Shown here: piece after piece, positions 29,646 through 39,107 of the stretch
Layout: every line of letters begins with the position of its first letter
How positions within the stretch are numbered: position 1 is the stretch's first letter
DNA from: Candidatus Poribacteria bacterium
GTDB taxonomy: Bacteria > Poribacteria > WGA-4E > PCPOR2b
Length of the DNA stretch: 64,000 bases
NCBI GenBank assembly: GCA_965205075.1
Contig: OZ242036.1
Span: 1,897,318 to 1,961,317 of the forward strand
Direction of reading: 5' to 3'
Notes under the pieces: generated by a model
Seen by the model: the letters and a program-made list of their open reading frames with translations, nothing else
What the model was told of the DNA's origin: nothing
Databases searched by the model: none
Program-made: the position numbers and the translations under genes

Positions 29646-30790
29646 GTTATTTCACTCACCTCGAATGCAGCCGTTGCACCCAAACGTACGACCCCAACCT
29701 CCCGCAGAACTTGTGCACGGAGTGCGGGAAGCCGCTATTTCCACGCTATGCGTTGGATAAGATCGCTCAAACCTGGGACAAATCTTCCCTATCGGGACGT
29801 GAGGCATCAATGTGGCGATATGCCGAACTTCTTCCCGTAATTGACTCGGACCACATTGTTTCTCTCAATGAGTCAATGACGCCGCTGCTTCCAGCACAAC
29901 GGCTCGCTGCCTCGTTAGGACTCGAAGCGTTATGGGTGAAGGATGAGTCCCGTCTGCCGACCGGAAGTTTTAAGGCGCGTGGATTGGCAATGGCGGTTTC
30001 CAAAGCCAAAGAGCTCGGATTGACCAAGCTGGCAATCCCGTCCGCAGGCAACGCAGCGACTGCACTCGCCAGCTACGCAGCCCAAGCGGGGATGGAGGCG
30101 CATATCTTCATGCCCCAAGATGTTCCTCCGTTTAACCGTAACACCTGTCAACTCGCGGGTGCAAATGTTACCCTGATTGATGGACTGATTACGGATGCGG
30201 GAAAAATCGTTGCCGAGCGAAAGGAAAATGAAGGGTGGTTTGATGTTTCAACGCTCAAAGAACCGTACCGCGTGGAAGGAAAAAAGACCATGGGTCTTGA
30301 AATTGCGGAACAGTTTAATTGGGAACTTCCCGATGCCATCGTCTATCCGACGGGAGGAGGTACAGGGATTGTCGGAATGTGGAAGGTATTTCAGGAGTTG
30401 GAAGCCATCGGGTGGATCGATGCGAAACGTCCACGCATGATCTCCGTACAATCGTCCGGCTGTGCCCCAATCGTCAAAGCGTGGCAGGACAGGGCAACCG
30501 AAGCGGAACCGTGGGATAATGCACAGACAACGGCAGCAGGTTTGCGGGTGCCACAGGCTGTCGGTGATTTCTTGATCCTAGACGCTATCTATCAGAGCGA
30601 TGGAGCTGCAGTTGCCGTCACCGATGACGAAATACGAGAGGCGCTGGAGACTCTAGCGACACATGAGGGCATTTTGGCTTGCCCTGAAGGGGCGGCAACT
30701 GTTGCGGGACTCTCTAAACTAGTGGCAGCTGGGGAAATTCAACCCGAAAACAGAGTGGTATTATTTAATACAGGCGGGTATCAGGCGTGA
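29642..30790 (+). CDS. thrC: Threonine synthase-like PLP enzyme with an N-terminal zinc ribbon (archaeal-type ThrC)
   Basis: N-terminal CxxC...CxxCG, PLP lysine motif GSFKARG, and a Trp-synthase-beta-fold Gly-rich loop (TGGGTGIVG). Overlaps the previous gene by 4 nt. Confidence 0.7.
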   Translation: MSYFTHLECSRCTQTYDPNLPQNLCTECGKPLFPRYALDKIAQTWDKSSLSGREASMWRYAELLPVIDSDHIVSLNESMTPLLPAQRLAASLGLEALWVKDESRLPTGSFKARGLAMAVSKAKELGLTKLAIPSAGNAATALASYAAQAGMEAHIFMPQDVPPFNRNTCQLAGANVTLIDGLITDAGKIVAERKENEGWFDVSTLKEPYRVEGKKTMGLEIAEQFNWELPDAIVYPTGGGTGIVGMWKVFQELEAIGWIDAKRPRMISVQSSGCAPIVKAWQDRATEAEPWDNAQTTAAGLRVPQAVGDFLILDAIYQSDGAAVAVTDDEIREALETLATHEGILACPEGAATVAGLSKLVAAGEIQPENRVVLFNTGGYQA

Positions 30791-30830
30791 ATCCGCCTAT
30801 CAACTTTTTATTCCAAAACAGATAAAAACT

Positions 30831-31616
30831 ATGAACGCAACAGCACCAATTCTTGAAATTAGCGATCTCACTAAGCGTTTTGGCGGGGTGACGGCTGTGT
30901 CAGACATTGAGATATCTGTGCAAGAAGGGCAGATTGCCAGCCTCATTGGTCCGAACGGCGCAGGCAAAACGACACTTTTTAACTGTGTCACAGGACTGGA
31001 ACCTCCCTCCGAAGGGAGCGTCAAGTTTCAAGATCAAAACATCGTTGGTCTGCGTCCGGATCAGATTGCGGAGGTTGGAATGGCACGGACATTCCAAAAC
31101 ATTCGCCTATTTTCGCAGCTGACAGTCTTGGATAATGTGAAAATAGGCAGGCATTGCCGGTCAAAAAGCCGCCTCTGGAACTCAATCAGCCGTAACCAAA
31201 AACAGCGTCAAGAAGAATCGCACATCACGTCGCATGCGTTTCAACAGCTCAGCTTCGTTGGGCTGGATGGATTTAGGGATCAACTCGCAGGCAATCTTTC
31301 TTATGGCGACCAGCGGCGGGTTGAGATTGCCAGGGCGTTAGCTATGGGTCCAACGCTGCTGCTCTTAGACGAACCCGCGGCGGGTATGAACCCGCAGGAA
31401 ACGCAACAGTTGATAGAGCTGATCCATTCAATCCGTGAACAAGGCATCACGATTTTACTAATCGAACACGACATGAAATTGGTCATGCAGATTTCAGACT
31501 GGGTCACTGTAATCGCTCAGGGGGAAAAGATTAGTGCAGGCAAACCTGAATCAGTTCAAAACGATGAGCGTGTAATCAAAGCTTACCTTGGGGAATCCTA
31601 CGATGCTCAAACTTAA
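30831..31616 (+). CDS. livG: Branched-chain amino-acid ABC transporter ATP-binding protein (LivG-like)
   Basis: Walker A GPNGAGKTT, signature LSYGDQRRVEIARAL, Walker B LLLLDEPAAG. Confidence 0.8.
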   Translation: MNATAPILEISDLTKRFGGVTAVSDIEISVQEGQIASLIGPNGAGKTTLFNCVTGLEPPSEGSVKFQDQNIVGLRPDQIAEVGMARTFQNIRLFSQLTVLDNVKIGRHCRSKSRLWNSISRNQKQRQEESHITSHAFQQLSFVGLDGFRDQLAGNLSYGDQRRVEIARALAMGPTLLLLDEPAAGMNPQETQQLIELIHSIREQGITILLIEHDMKLVMQISDWVTVIAQGEKISAGKPESVQNDERVIKAYLGESYDAQT

Positions 31617-32307
31617 CGAGATTCACACCTACTATGGCAATATTCGCGCTATCCGGGGTGTCTCCCTGTACGTTGAAGAAGGGGAAATGGTCTGTCTGAT
31701 TGGAGCCAATGGGGCGGGCAAATCAACGACCTTGATGACGATATCGGGCATCCATCGTCCCGCGCAAGGGACAATTACCTTCGAGGGGGAAGAGTTAACC
31801 GAAACCTCAGCAGAAAAGCGTGTTGAATTAGGAATTTCGCAAGTCCCTGAAGGAAGGCTAATCTTTCCTGAAATGACAGTGTTAGAAAATCTTGAACTTG
31901 GAGCATTCCTGCGCAAGGATACCCCCGTCATCAGAGAAGATCTTGATCGCGTTTTTGATCTTTTTCCGGTTTTGCGTGAGCGAAGAGGCCAGCAGGGCGG
32001 CACATTGAGTGGTGGTGAACAGCAAATGCTGGCTATTGGTCGTGCGCTTATGTCACATCCCCGTCTCCTGCTGCTCGATGAGCCTTCGCTTGGACTTGCA
32101 CCGCTTCTGGTTGAGCAGATTTTTGAGATAATCCAAGAAATAAATAACCAAGGAACTACTATTCTTCTGGTTGAGCAGAACGCGTATCTCGCCTTGCAGA
32201 CTACCCACCGTGGCTACGTTATGGAGACAGGGGAGATAGCTATCGAAGGCACATCAGCGGAACTTCTGAACGATACACGAGTACGGGAGGCGTATCTGGG
32301 GGAATAG
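31603..32307 (+). CDS. livF: Branched-chain amino-acid ABC transporter ATP-binding protein (LivF-like)
   Basis: Walker A GANGAGKST, signature LSGGEQQMLAIGRAL, Walker B LLLLDEPSLG. Overlaps the livG end. Confidence 0.8.
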   Translation: MLKLNEIHTYYGNIRAIRGVSLYVEEGEMVCLIGANGAGKSTTLMTISGIHRPAQGTITFEGEELTETSAEKRVELGISQVPEGRLIFPEMTVLENLELGAFLRKDTPVIREDLDRVFDLFPVLRERRGQQGGTLSGGEQQMLAIGRALMSHPRLLLLDEPSLGLAPLLVEQIFEIIQEINNQGTTILLVEQNAYLALQTTHRGYVMETGEIAIEGTSAELLNDTRVREAYLGE

Positions 32308-32393
32308 AGGCGAGGCAGGAAGGCTCATTTGCTTTTCTTTAGTTCGATGGCGGGATTCCATACACATTCCGCCCCGCTGGGGCTTTGATGGTT

Positions 32394-33365
32394 TCAAACC
32401 TCTTTATCTTCAAGCCGTGTCCACCCCCGTCCGGGATGGTATGCTCCCGCTCCCTGATACCGTTCTCGGATTTTACGGAATTCTTCGGGGCTCCGAACTT
32501 CCTGCTCCGGGTGGTCGGGATTACGCAGGACAAAGTCGGCTTCTGGTGGGTAGCACGCCATAGTAACGGTTTCCCGTTCCGGCGTATAGGATTCTGGACC
32601 TTCGTCTGCGTTGTTTGGGGCTTCAGCACTTTGATAGCGTAAGTCTACACTCCAACGGACCTGATCGCTGTGATTTTCAAACGAGGCATGTGGTGTTAGG
32701 TTGGTCATAAACAGCACATCCCCTGCTCTCATCTCCATCGGGATGGGTCCCGTATCTGGAAATTCGTCGGTTGGTATTTCGAGAAAGCCCCCATGCCCAC
32801 CGGTATAATGCCGAAAAACACCCCGCCGATGCACCTTGGGCATCACGTAGAGACAACCGTTATGCTGAGTCACATCAACCAGAGGAATCCAGCAGGTGAC
32901 AAGCAGGTGTTTATCACAGTGGGGGAGGAAATAGCCAGAATCTTGATGCCACGGCACTTCACCACGTTCCCATTCCGGAAGCTTTGGACGAATGCGGTAC
33001 GCCGAAGCCCCGATAATGGTGGGACCGATAAGACTTTCGACGCAAGATAGCAAGGGTGGATGGGTGAGCATACCGAACATTGATGCGCCGCTAAACCCTC
33101 CACCGCCTGACCCCATCACACCCTTGGTAACCTCTATTGCAGCCTCAAGGTTGGATTTTCTGATACGTCCTAGGCGATTGCCGAAAGGTTCGTTGTCAAA
33201 AATGTCTTCTAGCACACCCTCAGATTGCAAGCGTTTCGCTTCCGCATCAACAATTTCGCTAAGTGCATCTCGGATTGGTTGTAAGGCTTCTGTCGAAAAG
33301 ACACCGGGTTTTACTACGTATCCTTCTTCATTAAATTGTTGCAATTCCGTGTTGGTGAGGCTCAT
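32394..33365 (-). CDS. Phytanoyl-CoA dioxygenase (PhyH) family Fe(II)/2-oxoglutarate oxygenase
   Basis: PWHQDSGYF...(HxD)...MTNLTPHAS pattern. Start at 33365 is preceded by GGAGGA. Confidence 0.65.
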   Translation of the reverse strand: MSLTNTELQQFNEEGYVVKPGVFSTEALQPIRDALSEIVDAEAKRLQSEGVLEDIFDNEPFGNRLGRIRKSNLEAAIEVTKGVMGSGGGGFSGASMFGMLTHPPLLSCVESLIGPTIIGASAYRIRPKLPEWERGEVPWHQDSGYFLPHCDKHLLVTCWIPLVDVTQHNGCLYVMPKVHRRGVFRHYTGGHGGFLEIPTDEFPDTGPIPMEMRAGDVLFMTNLTPHASFENHSDQVRWSVDLRYQSAEAPNNADEGPESYTPERETVTMACYPPEADFVLRNPDHPEQEVRSPEEFRKIRERYQGAGAYHPGRGWTRLEDKEV

Positions 33366-33554
33366 CAATATCTCCTCCAAAGTCACCTTATAGTAAAGTT
33401 TAGAATTGATTGGACACTGCCAATCGGCGCAGTTGAAAACAGCGCCTACCAAACATGGGGAGCGAATCTGTGTGATTTTCTATAATTGCTTAAAGATGGT
33501 TATGGATTTTTCTAGTGTACCAAAATCAGAGCAGAAAAGGCAAGTAAGAAAAAT

Positions 33555-35387
33555 ATGAGCAGAAAAAAGACGTGGGATGTCATTGTTGTGCGAGATGTTA
33601 TGGTACCCATGCGGGACGGCGTGAATCTAGTAGCAGATCTTTACTTTCCTGCGGCAGACGGTCGTCCGCTGGAGAGCGAACTCCCCGCTGTTCTACAGCG
33701 AACTCCCTATAAGAAGGAAAGTTATGAGAACATGGGGAGTTTCTTCGCGGAGCATGGTTACCTATCGGTGGTACAGGACTGCCGGGGTCGCTTCAAGTCT
33801 GGTGGCGATTTCTTCCCGTTTCGAGATGAGCCGCAAGATGGCTATGACACGGTGGCATGGCTCGCGGATCACCCGTCTTGCAACGGGAAGGTGGGTATGT
33901 ATGGTTGCTCTCACATGGCTTGGGTACAGTTCCATGCAGCGACGCAGAACCCACCGGGGTTAGCCACAATAATCCCGTATGAGGGTCCCATCAATGCATA
34001 TCATTATAGTATGCGCGTGGGTGGTGCGCTACATTTGGGGCTTTTGAAGTGGATTCTTGAAACGGCAACAACTAGCCAAGAGGCACAACAGAATCCCGCT
34101 ATCGCTGAAGCGGTTCGGACAATGAGCTCAGGTCAGCATTTTCTGAATTGGGCTTCTCGAATCCCGTGGAAACGTGGACAAACACCGCTCAGTATTATCC
34201 CCGAATATGAAGACGCTGCCTTCCAGTTGTACTTTGAAAACTATGACTATACGGACTTTTGGCGTCAACCGGGCTTTGCGATGGACGAGTATTTTGAATG
34301 TTTTCCGAAGATTCCTATCCTATGGGTCGTCGGTTGGTATGATTGGTATCCACGCACCATTATCGACGGTTACCAGAAGATGGTGCAAATGGGCCGAGAA
34401 AACCAATATCTCCTCGTCGGTCCTTGGACGCATAATAACTTCAACTCCCTGTGCGGCGATGTGAATTTTGGCACCGCGGGAACCATTCACAGCTACGACG
34501 ATTTTTTGAACTTAGAGTTGGCGTGGTTTGATCGTTGGCTCAAGGACGATCAGAACGCGGATATTGGAACGCCGGTTAAGGTGTTTACGATGGGAGATGG
34601 GGACGGGAGACGCGATAGTAGCGGGAGACTGAAGCACGGCGGAGAATGGCATTACGGCGACCTTTGGCCCCCCGTAGGTGTTCAGCCGACATCATTCTAC
34701 CTACACCCAGATGGGGTGCTATCACAAGATAAACCGAGTCAGGGGAGCGCACGGACGAGCTACACCTATGATCCACGGAACACGGTTTCGAGCAATGGCC
34801 GCTGTATTATCCCCTACGGTCCAGCCGCCGAGGGAGGGTTCTCCGGGATGGGGCCGCGCGATCAGATTGATTTGGAAACTCTGCCGGGACACGGGATTCC
34901 GGGTATGCCGATCGCTTCTCGACCAGATGTATTGGTCTTCCAGACTCAGCCGCTGTCTGAACAGGTCAGAATCGCTGGAAATATACAGGTCATCTTATGG
35001 GTATCGTCAGATGCGCCCGATACCGACTTTTTCGTGAAGCTGATTGACCTTTATCCTCCAAACCCCGATTACCCAACGGGTTACGCCTTCCCGGTATCCG
35101 AAGGAATCCTCCGCACACGTTATCGGGAGGGGTGGGAGAGATCGAAGCGAATGGATGCAGGAAAGATATATCAGATCGAGATTCCGCTGGAACCCTCCGC
35201 TAACCTGTTTGCAATGAATCACAGGATTCGCATCGACATCTGTAGCAGCAATTTCCCCAACTTTGACATCAACCGCAACACCGGCGATCCAAACGACAGG
35301 CGGTGGCGTATCACTGAAAACACCATCTATCATGAGATGAATCACGCTTCCTACATCGTGCTGCCCATATACCCACTTGGTCCTTAA
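33555..35387 (+). CDS. CocE/NonD-family (S15, X-Pro dipeptidyl-peptidase-like) alpha/beta hydrolase
   Basis: N-terminal VMVPMRDGVNLVADLYFP...QRTPY and nucleophile elbow GMYGCSHMAW. About 610 aa with a C-terminal beta-sandwich region. Confidence 0.7.
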   Translation: MSRKKTWDVIVVRDVMVPMRDGVNLVADLYFPAADGRPLESELPAVLQRTPYKKESYENMGSFFAEHGYLSVVQDCRGRFKSGGDFFPFRDEPQDGYDTVAWLADHPSCNGKVGMYGCSHMAWVQFHAATQNPPGLATIIPYEGPINAYHYSMRVGGALHLGLLKWILETATTSQEAQQNPAIAEAVRTMSSGQHFLNWASRIPWKRGQTPLSIIPEYEDAAFQLYFENYDYTDFWRQPGFAMDEYFECFPKIPILWVVGWYDWYPRTIIDGYQKMVQMGRENQYLLVGPWTHNNFNSLCGDVNFGTAGTIHSYDDFLNLELAWFDRWLKDDQNADIGTPVKVFTMGDGDGRRDSSGRLKHGGEWHYGDLWPPVGVQPTSFYLHPDGVLSQDKPSQGSARTSYTYDPRNTVSSNGRCIIPYGPAAEGGFSGMGPRDQIDLETLPGHGIPGMPIASRPDVLVFQTQPLSEQVRIAGNIQVILWVSSDAPDTDFFVKLIDLYPPNPDYPTGYAFPVSEGILRTRYREGWERSKRMDAGKIYQIEIPLEPSANLFAMNHRIRIDICSSNFPNFDINRNTGDPNDRRWRITENTIYHEMNHASYIVLPIYPLGP

Positions 35388-36559
35388 GTCTCCGAACAGA
35401 GGACAAGTGCACCTGTGTATGCGTGTGCGAAATTACGATTACCGATGGGTGCAAATTCCGCGTTTCCAAAGAAGCCGATAATCGGCAGATCCGGAAATTT
35501 TTCTTTGATTATCTGCATATCATGATTTGGCTCACCGTATAACCCAGCACCCCTGCCCAAGCAATTGAAGTAAAGTCCGAAAGCCGGTGGATGTGCCTCC
35601 GCTCTTTCATGCAGCCGATTCACGATGGCATGGATGTCTTCTGAGGCAGCAAAAGGATTTCGCAGGTGAAACTGCACGATTTGTCCCGTTTCGATTCTTT
35701 CGGCAACTCCAACTGCGGAGTTTTGCGGATCGATACCCGTGATGTTACGAATCAGATAGTCACCCGGCTTGGGCGATCGATTTGACTTATCCATAGCGAT
35801 ACCGATGAAAATCATCCTGCCTGAGCACTGTATATCTTCCTCGGTCAGCAGCGCAAGTGATTCCTGTAAGACTTCTACCGCTTGCTTACCATCCAGTTCA
35901 AGAATCAGGTTGTCCTCTGCGCGAGTAATTTCGACAGGACTTCCAATGGGTTGACACCCTTGAGCAACGCCGATTTCGGTGTGGAAGTCCCCTGTCAGCA
36001 ACACCCCTGCGACACTTGACTCTGTGATTTCCGTCCCGCACCATTGGTGCATTTGACCGCTCATCGGATCTCCGGATGCAGCCCCTCCAACGATGGGGAG
36101 TGCGTCTCCATTCCCTCCGATTTGTTGGACGAGTTCGGCAGGTTGGACACATCGCACATCCGGCAAAACAACTAGGAGTGAATTCTCACGCAGTTCTGTC
36201 TGTATCTGATTGCGTATGGTTGTGCCAACAGGCGACACACCATCTTCAGCAACACAGAAAGAAAGAGCGGATAACTGATCTGAACGCAGCACAAGGACAG
36301 CAACAACAGACTGCCCTTCAAACTCGCCGTCCGAAGTGAGGATACTCATACCGCTACAACCGATTAGGTGTTCACACCCTGAGATTCTCTGTACCTCCTC
36401 ACATAGCTGCGTGTATTCACTCTGATAGTCCCCCGTTGCGAAAACAAATGCAAGGTCTGCTTTCGCCAATTTTGCTTTGCCCATCGCCATTGTAGTTGCT
36501 TGTTCAGCAGCTTCCGATCCAGAAGTATTGAGGCTATGCCCAACACCAGCACGTATCAT
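35384..36559 (-). CDS. FIST-domain sensor protein (FIST_N plus FIST_C), standalone
   Basis: C-terminal IIGFFGNAEFAPIG resembles the FIST_C GFxSxGEIxP motif. About 391 aa. Confidence 0.55.
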   Translation of the reverse strand: MIRAGVGHSLNTSGSEAAEQATTMAMGKAKLAKADLAFVFATGDYQSEYTQLCEEVQRISGCEHLIGCSGMSILTSDGEFEGQSVVAVLVLRSDQLSALSFCVAEDGVSPVGTTIRNQIQTELRENSLLVVLPDVRCVQPAELVQQIGGNGDALPIVGGAASGDPMSGQMHQWCGTEITESSVAGVLLTGDFHTEIGVAQGCQPIGSPVEITRAEDNLILELDGKQAVEVLQESLALLTEEDIQCSGRMIFIGIAMDKSNRSPKPGDYLIRNITGIDPQNSAVGVAERIETGQIVQFHLRNPFAASEDIHAIVNRLHERAEAHPPAFGLYFNCLGRGAGLYGEPNHDMQIIKEKFPDLPIIGFFGNAEFAPIGNRNFAHAYTGALVLCSET

Positions 36560-36660
36560 TGACCTTCACCTAGCCTTTCTGTAACTCAGAACGTTAGCAA
36601 CTCGCTTGTTACGATTATCGCCTGCTATCACGCTCTATAACGTTGCAATTGCGGAGTGGA

Positions 36661-37917
36661 TCACAGTTTCCTGCCTGTGATGACAAATTCCAACCGATGG
36701 TGTGCCTCACGTAGGGCGGCTTCAACACCTTCAGGCGTGCTGCCTCTAGCAAAGATGAACCCAAGGTAGCTTGCACCTTCCGGCAGCGGAAGAACCTCCT
36801 GCCCAATCGGTATACTGATGGTAACATCCTCGATGCCTGCGACCTGTTCCGCGTCTGTTTTGCCTCGCACCTCTCTCAGAATTCCGGCATGAGGAATGGG
36901 AATCATCATCACGCCAGCCGGCTGCCGCTCACGCTGCAACGATTCAACCTCCATCCCGATAGCGTGCCGAATGATGAGTTCTTCTAGCGAAATCCCCGCA
37001 CCAAAGCGCAGGGTCCGTGCACAAAGCCCACCAATTGACCGAGCGGCAATTTCGATTATCCATGCACCATCGTCATTCACTCGCAGCTCAGCGTGGACGG
37101 GCCCCTCTCGTAAGCCGAGCACTTCTGCCGTCCGTGCTGTGCACGATATAATATCGTTTTGCACATCAACAGGCAAACGGGATGGGGTGACGTAGAATGT
37201 CTCCTCGAAGAAAGGTCCATCTAACGGATCAGGTTTATCAAAAATAGCGAGCACCTTGAGTCGCCCTCGAATCAGGATACCTTCAAGAGCAACTTCTATT
37301 CCCGGTATAAAATCTTCAACAAGTATTTGCTCTGTTCTCGCATCTTTGCGCGATTTAACGTCAGACGCCCCTAAAATGCTCACAACCCGCTGAAATGCAC
37401 TCACAAACTCCCTCAGATTGTTCGCACGGATGACACCTCGACTTGCTGAAAGAGAAAGCGGCTTGAGGACACACGGGAAGTTTATACCCCTCGCAATTTC
37501 TGCTGGATCGGCGCTGATTGAGGCAAGCTCAAAATGCGGTGAAGGGATACCTCCCGCTGCAAGCACTCTACGCATCTGATATTTGCTGCGGGTAGTGCGA
37601 GCGGATTCCACGGAATTATACGGTAGGGACAACGCCTTCGCTACCATTGACACCAAAATCGTCGTGTCGTCGTCAACGCCCACAACTGCGTCAATGGGAT
37701 AGGTTTGGGCAAACGCAATAATCTCCTCTGTTGCTTTCTCAGGTTTGCTGAAGTTAAGGACCAAGGATTTTCGAGGTGATAACTCAGACAACGTCTGTGG
37801 CTGATCTGAACCAATCGCAACGGCTACACCTAACTGGGATGCAGCCGAGAGAAATGCCTTTGCACGATATGTTTTCGTGGGCAAGAGTAGGAGAATACGT
37901 TTTTTGTTTGGGTTCAT
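36661..37917 (-). CDS. ATP-grasp-fold ligase (carboxylate-amine ligase-like)
   Basis: Pre-ATP-grasp N-domain (KRILLLLP) and an ATP-grasp core (…EDFIPGIEVALEGILIRGRLKVLAIFDK…). Confidence 0.55.
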   Translation of the reverse strand: MNPNKKRILLLLPTKTYRAKAFLSAASQLGVAVAIGSDQPQTLSELSPRKSLVLNFSKPEKATEEIIAFAQTYPIDAVVGVDDDTTILVSMVAKALSLPYNSVESARTTRSKYQMRRVLAAGGIPSPHFELASISADPAEIARGINFPCVLKPLSLSASRGVIRANNLREFVSAFQRVVSILGASDVKSRKDARTEQILVEDFIPGIEVALEGILIRGRLKVLAIFDKPDPLDGPFFEETFYVTPSRLPVDVQNDIISCTARTAEVLGLREGPVHAELRVNDDGAWIIEIAARSIGGLCARTLRFGAGISLEELIIRHAIGMEVESLQRERQPAGVMMIPIPHAGILREVRGKTDAEQVAGIEDVTISIPIGQEVLPLPEGASYLGFIFARGSTPEGVEAALREAHHRLEFVITGRKL

Positions 37918-38164
37918 AGCATATTTTCTCGCTGGGAGTTCGTTTCATAAATTATACAAAACCCCTGAAGCTAAAGCAATTGGAAAAAGCAGATAGAATC
38001 GAATTGCAATTCCCCACGTTCTATGTTAAACTATAAAAGTTTCGAGAGAAGTTTGGAAAATTCTTGAGAAACCATCGATATTACGTTATCCACCAATGCT
38101 GATAAGTTGATAATGGAGGTTTCAACACCTAAAACCCACATACCCAACTTTAAGGAGTAAAAAA

Positions 38165-38995
38165 ATGATGTACCGAAAGTTTTTGGGCATCTTTGCCCTT
38201 ATCACAACCATCAGCATTTTAGCGGGGTGTGCACCAAAGCCGCAGATTGAAGTCTATATGGAACCTGTTGCGGGTAGAGAACACGCCCAAATCGATGCAG
38301 AAACAGGTTCGATCTCTGTCGAGCGGCGCGACGTTGAGATTACGCTTGAACCACTCGATGAAGTGGACCTGTTTGAACTAACGGAAGATCCAGGGATTAA
38401 TCCGTATCTTGGGATTGATCGTTGGGGTAATGTCGAACCGCTGTATACAGTTTTTGGTATCCACATCGAAAACAAATCCAATTCGCGAGTCATCATTGAT
38501 CCGACAGCAATTTTAGTCGATCTAAACGGTGAGCAGTATGCTGCCCTCCCCTACGATTACTTCAAAGAACTTTATGAGAACCTGAAACCACGAACAGTGG
38601 CGTTCTATGACCCTGGATATCGATACCGTTATCGTTACCCACGTTCTTACTATCGTAGCCCTTACCGACCTTACTACCACCACCCCTACAACTATCGCTT
38701 GGGATACCGGTATGGCCACCGCTACCCTTATTCACCGTATAGGGTGTACGATTACTATCCGGATCCGGCTGCTGCGAATCACGAACGGATGGTTGCGCGA
38801 GAGACGGTGTTCGATGGTGGTCAGCTTTTCTCAGGGGCACAACGTGACGGACTTTTAGTGTTTGAGAGACTGGACATCGGTACGACAGATATAAAGGTTA
38901 TCTTGCCGGAAGTTCAGATTATCAATAAAAGGAAAAAACGTTCAAAATCGGACTTCGTGTTTGATTTTCGGCAAGTTGTCAATGTAAAAGAATGA
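38165..38995 (+). CDS. Lipoprotein with a Tyr/Arg/Pro-rich low-complexity segment
   Basis: Lipobox ISILAGC. Central ~60-aa stretch YDPGYRYRYRYPRSYYRSPYRPYYHHPYNYRLGYRYGHRYPYSPYRVYDYYP. RBS AAGGAG upstream. Confidence 0.65.
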   Translation: MMYRKFLGIFALITTISILAGCAPKPQIEVYMEPVAGREHAQIDAETGSISVERRDVEITLEPLDEVDLFELTEDPGINPYLGIDRWGNVEPLYTVFGIHIENKSNSRVIIDPTAILVDLNGEQYAALPYDYFKELYENLKPRTVAFYDPGYRYRYRYPRSYYRSPYRPYYHHPYNYRLGYRYGHRYPYSPYRVYDYYPDPAAANHERMVARETVFDGGQLFSGAQRDGLLVFERLDIGTTDIKVILPEVQIINKRKKRSKSDFVFDFRQVVNVKE

Positions 38996-39078
38996 AACCT
39001 TTGACAAGGTTAGACGGAATCACTTAGATTGTCAGCAATGAAAAGTTGATTTCGATTTCGTTGCTGGCAATTTTTTGC
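38942..39078 (+). repeat. Copy 1 of a ~125-bp direct repeat (lipoprotein 3' codons + promoter + hairpin/T-tract leader) upstream of livK
   Basis: About 85% identical to 42303-42428. Contains TTGACA(39001)-17 nt-TTAGAT, hairpin CAGCAA...TTGCTG and TTTTTT. Carries a 13-nt internal tandem duplication (GATTTCGATTTCG) relative to copy 2. Confidence 0.8.
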
Positions 39079-39107
39079 CTGAAGATGAATCAATCAAGGA
39101 GACACAT

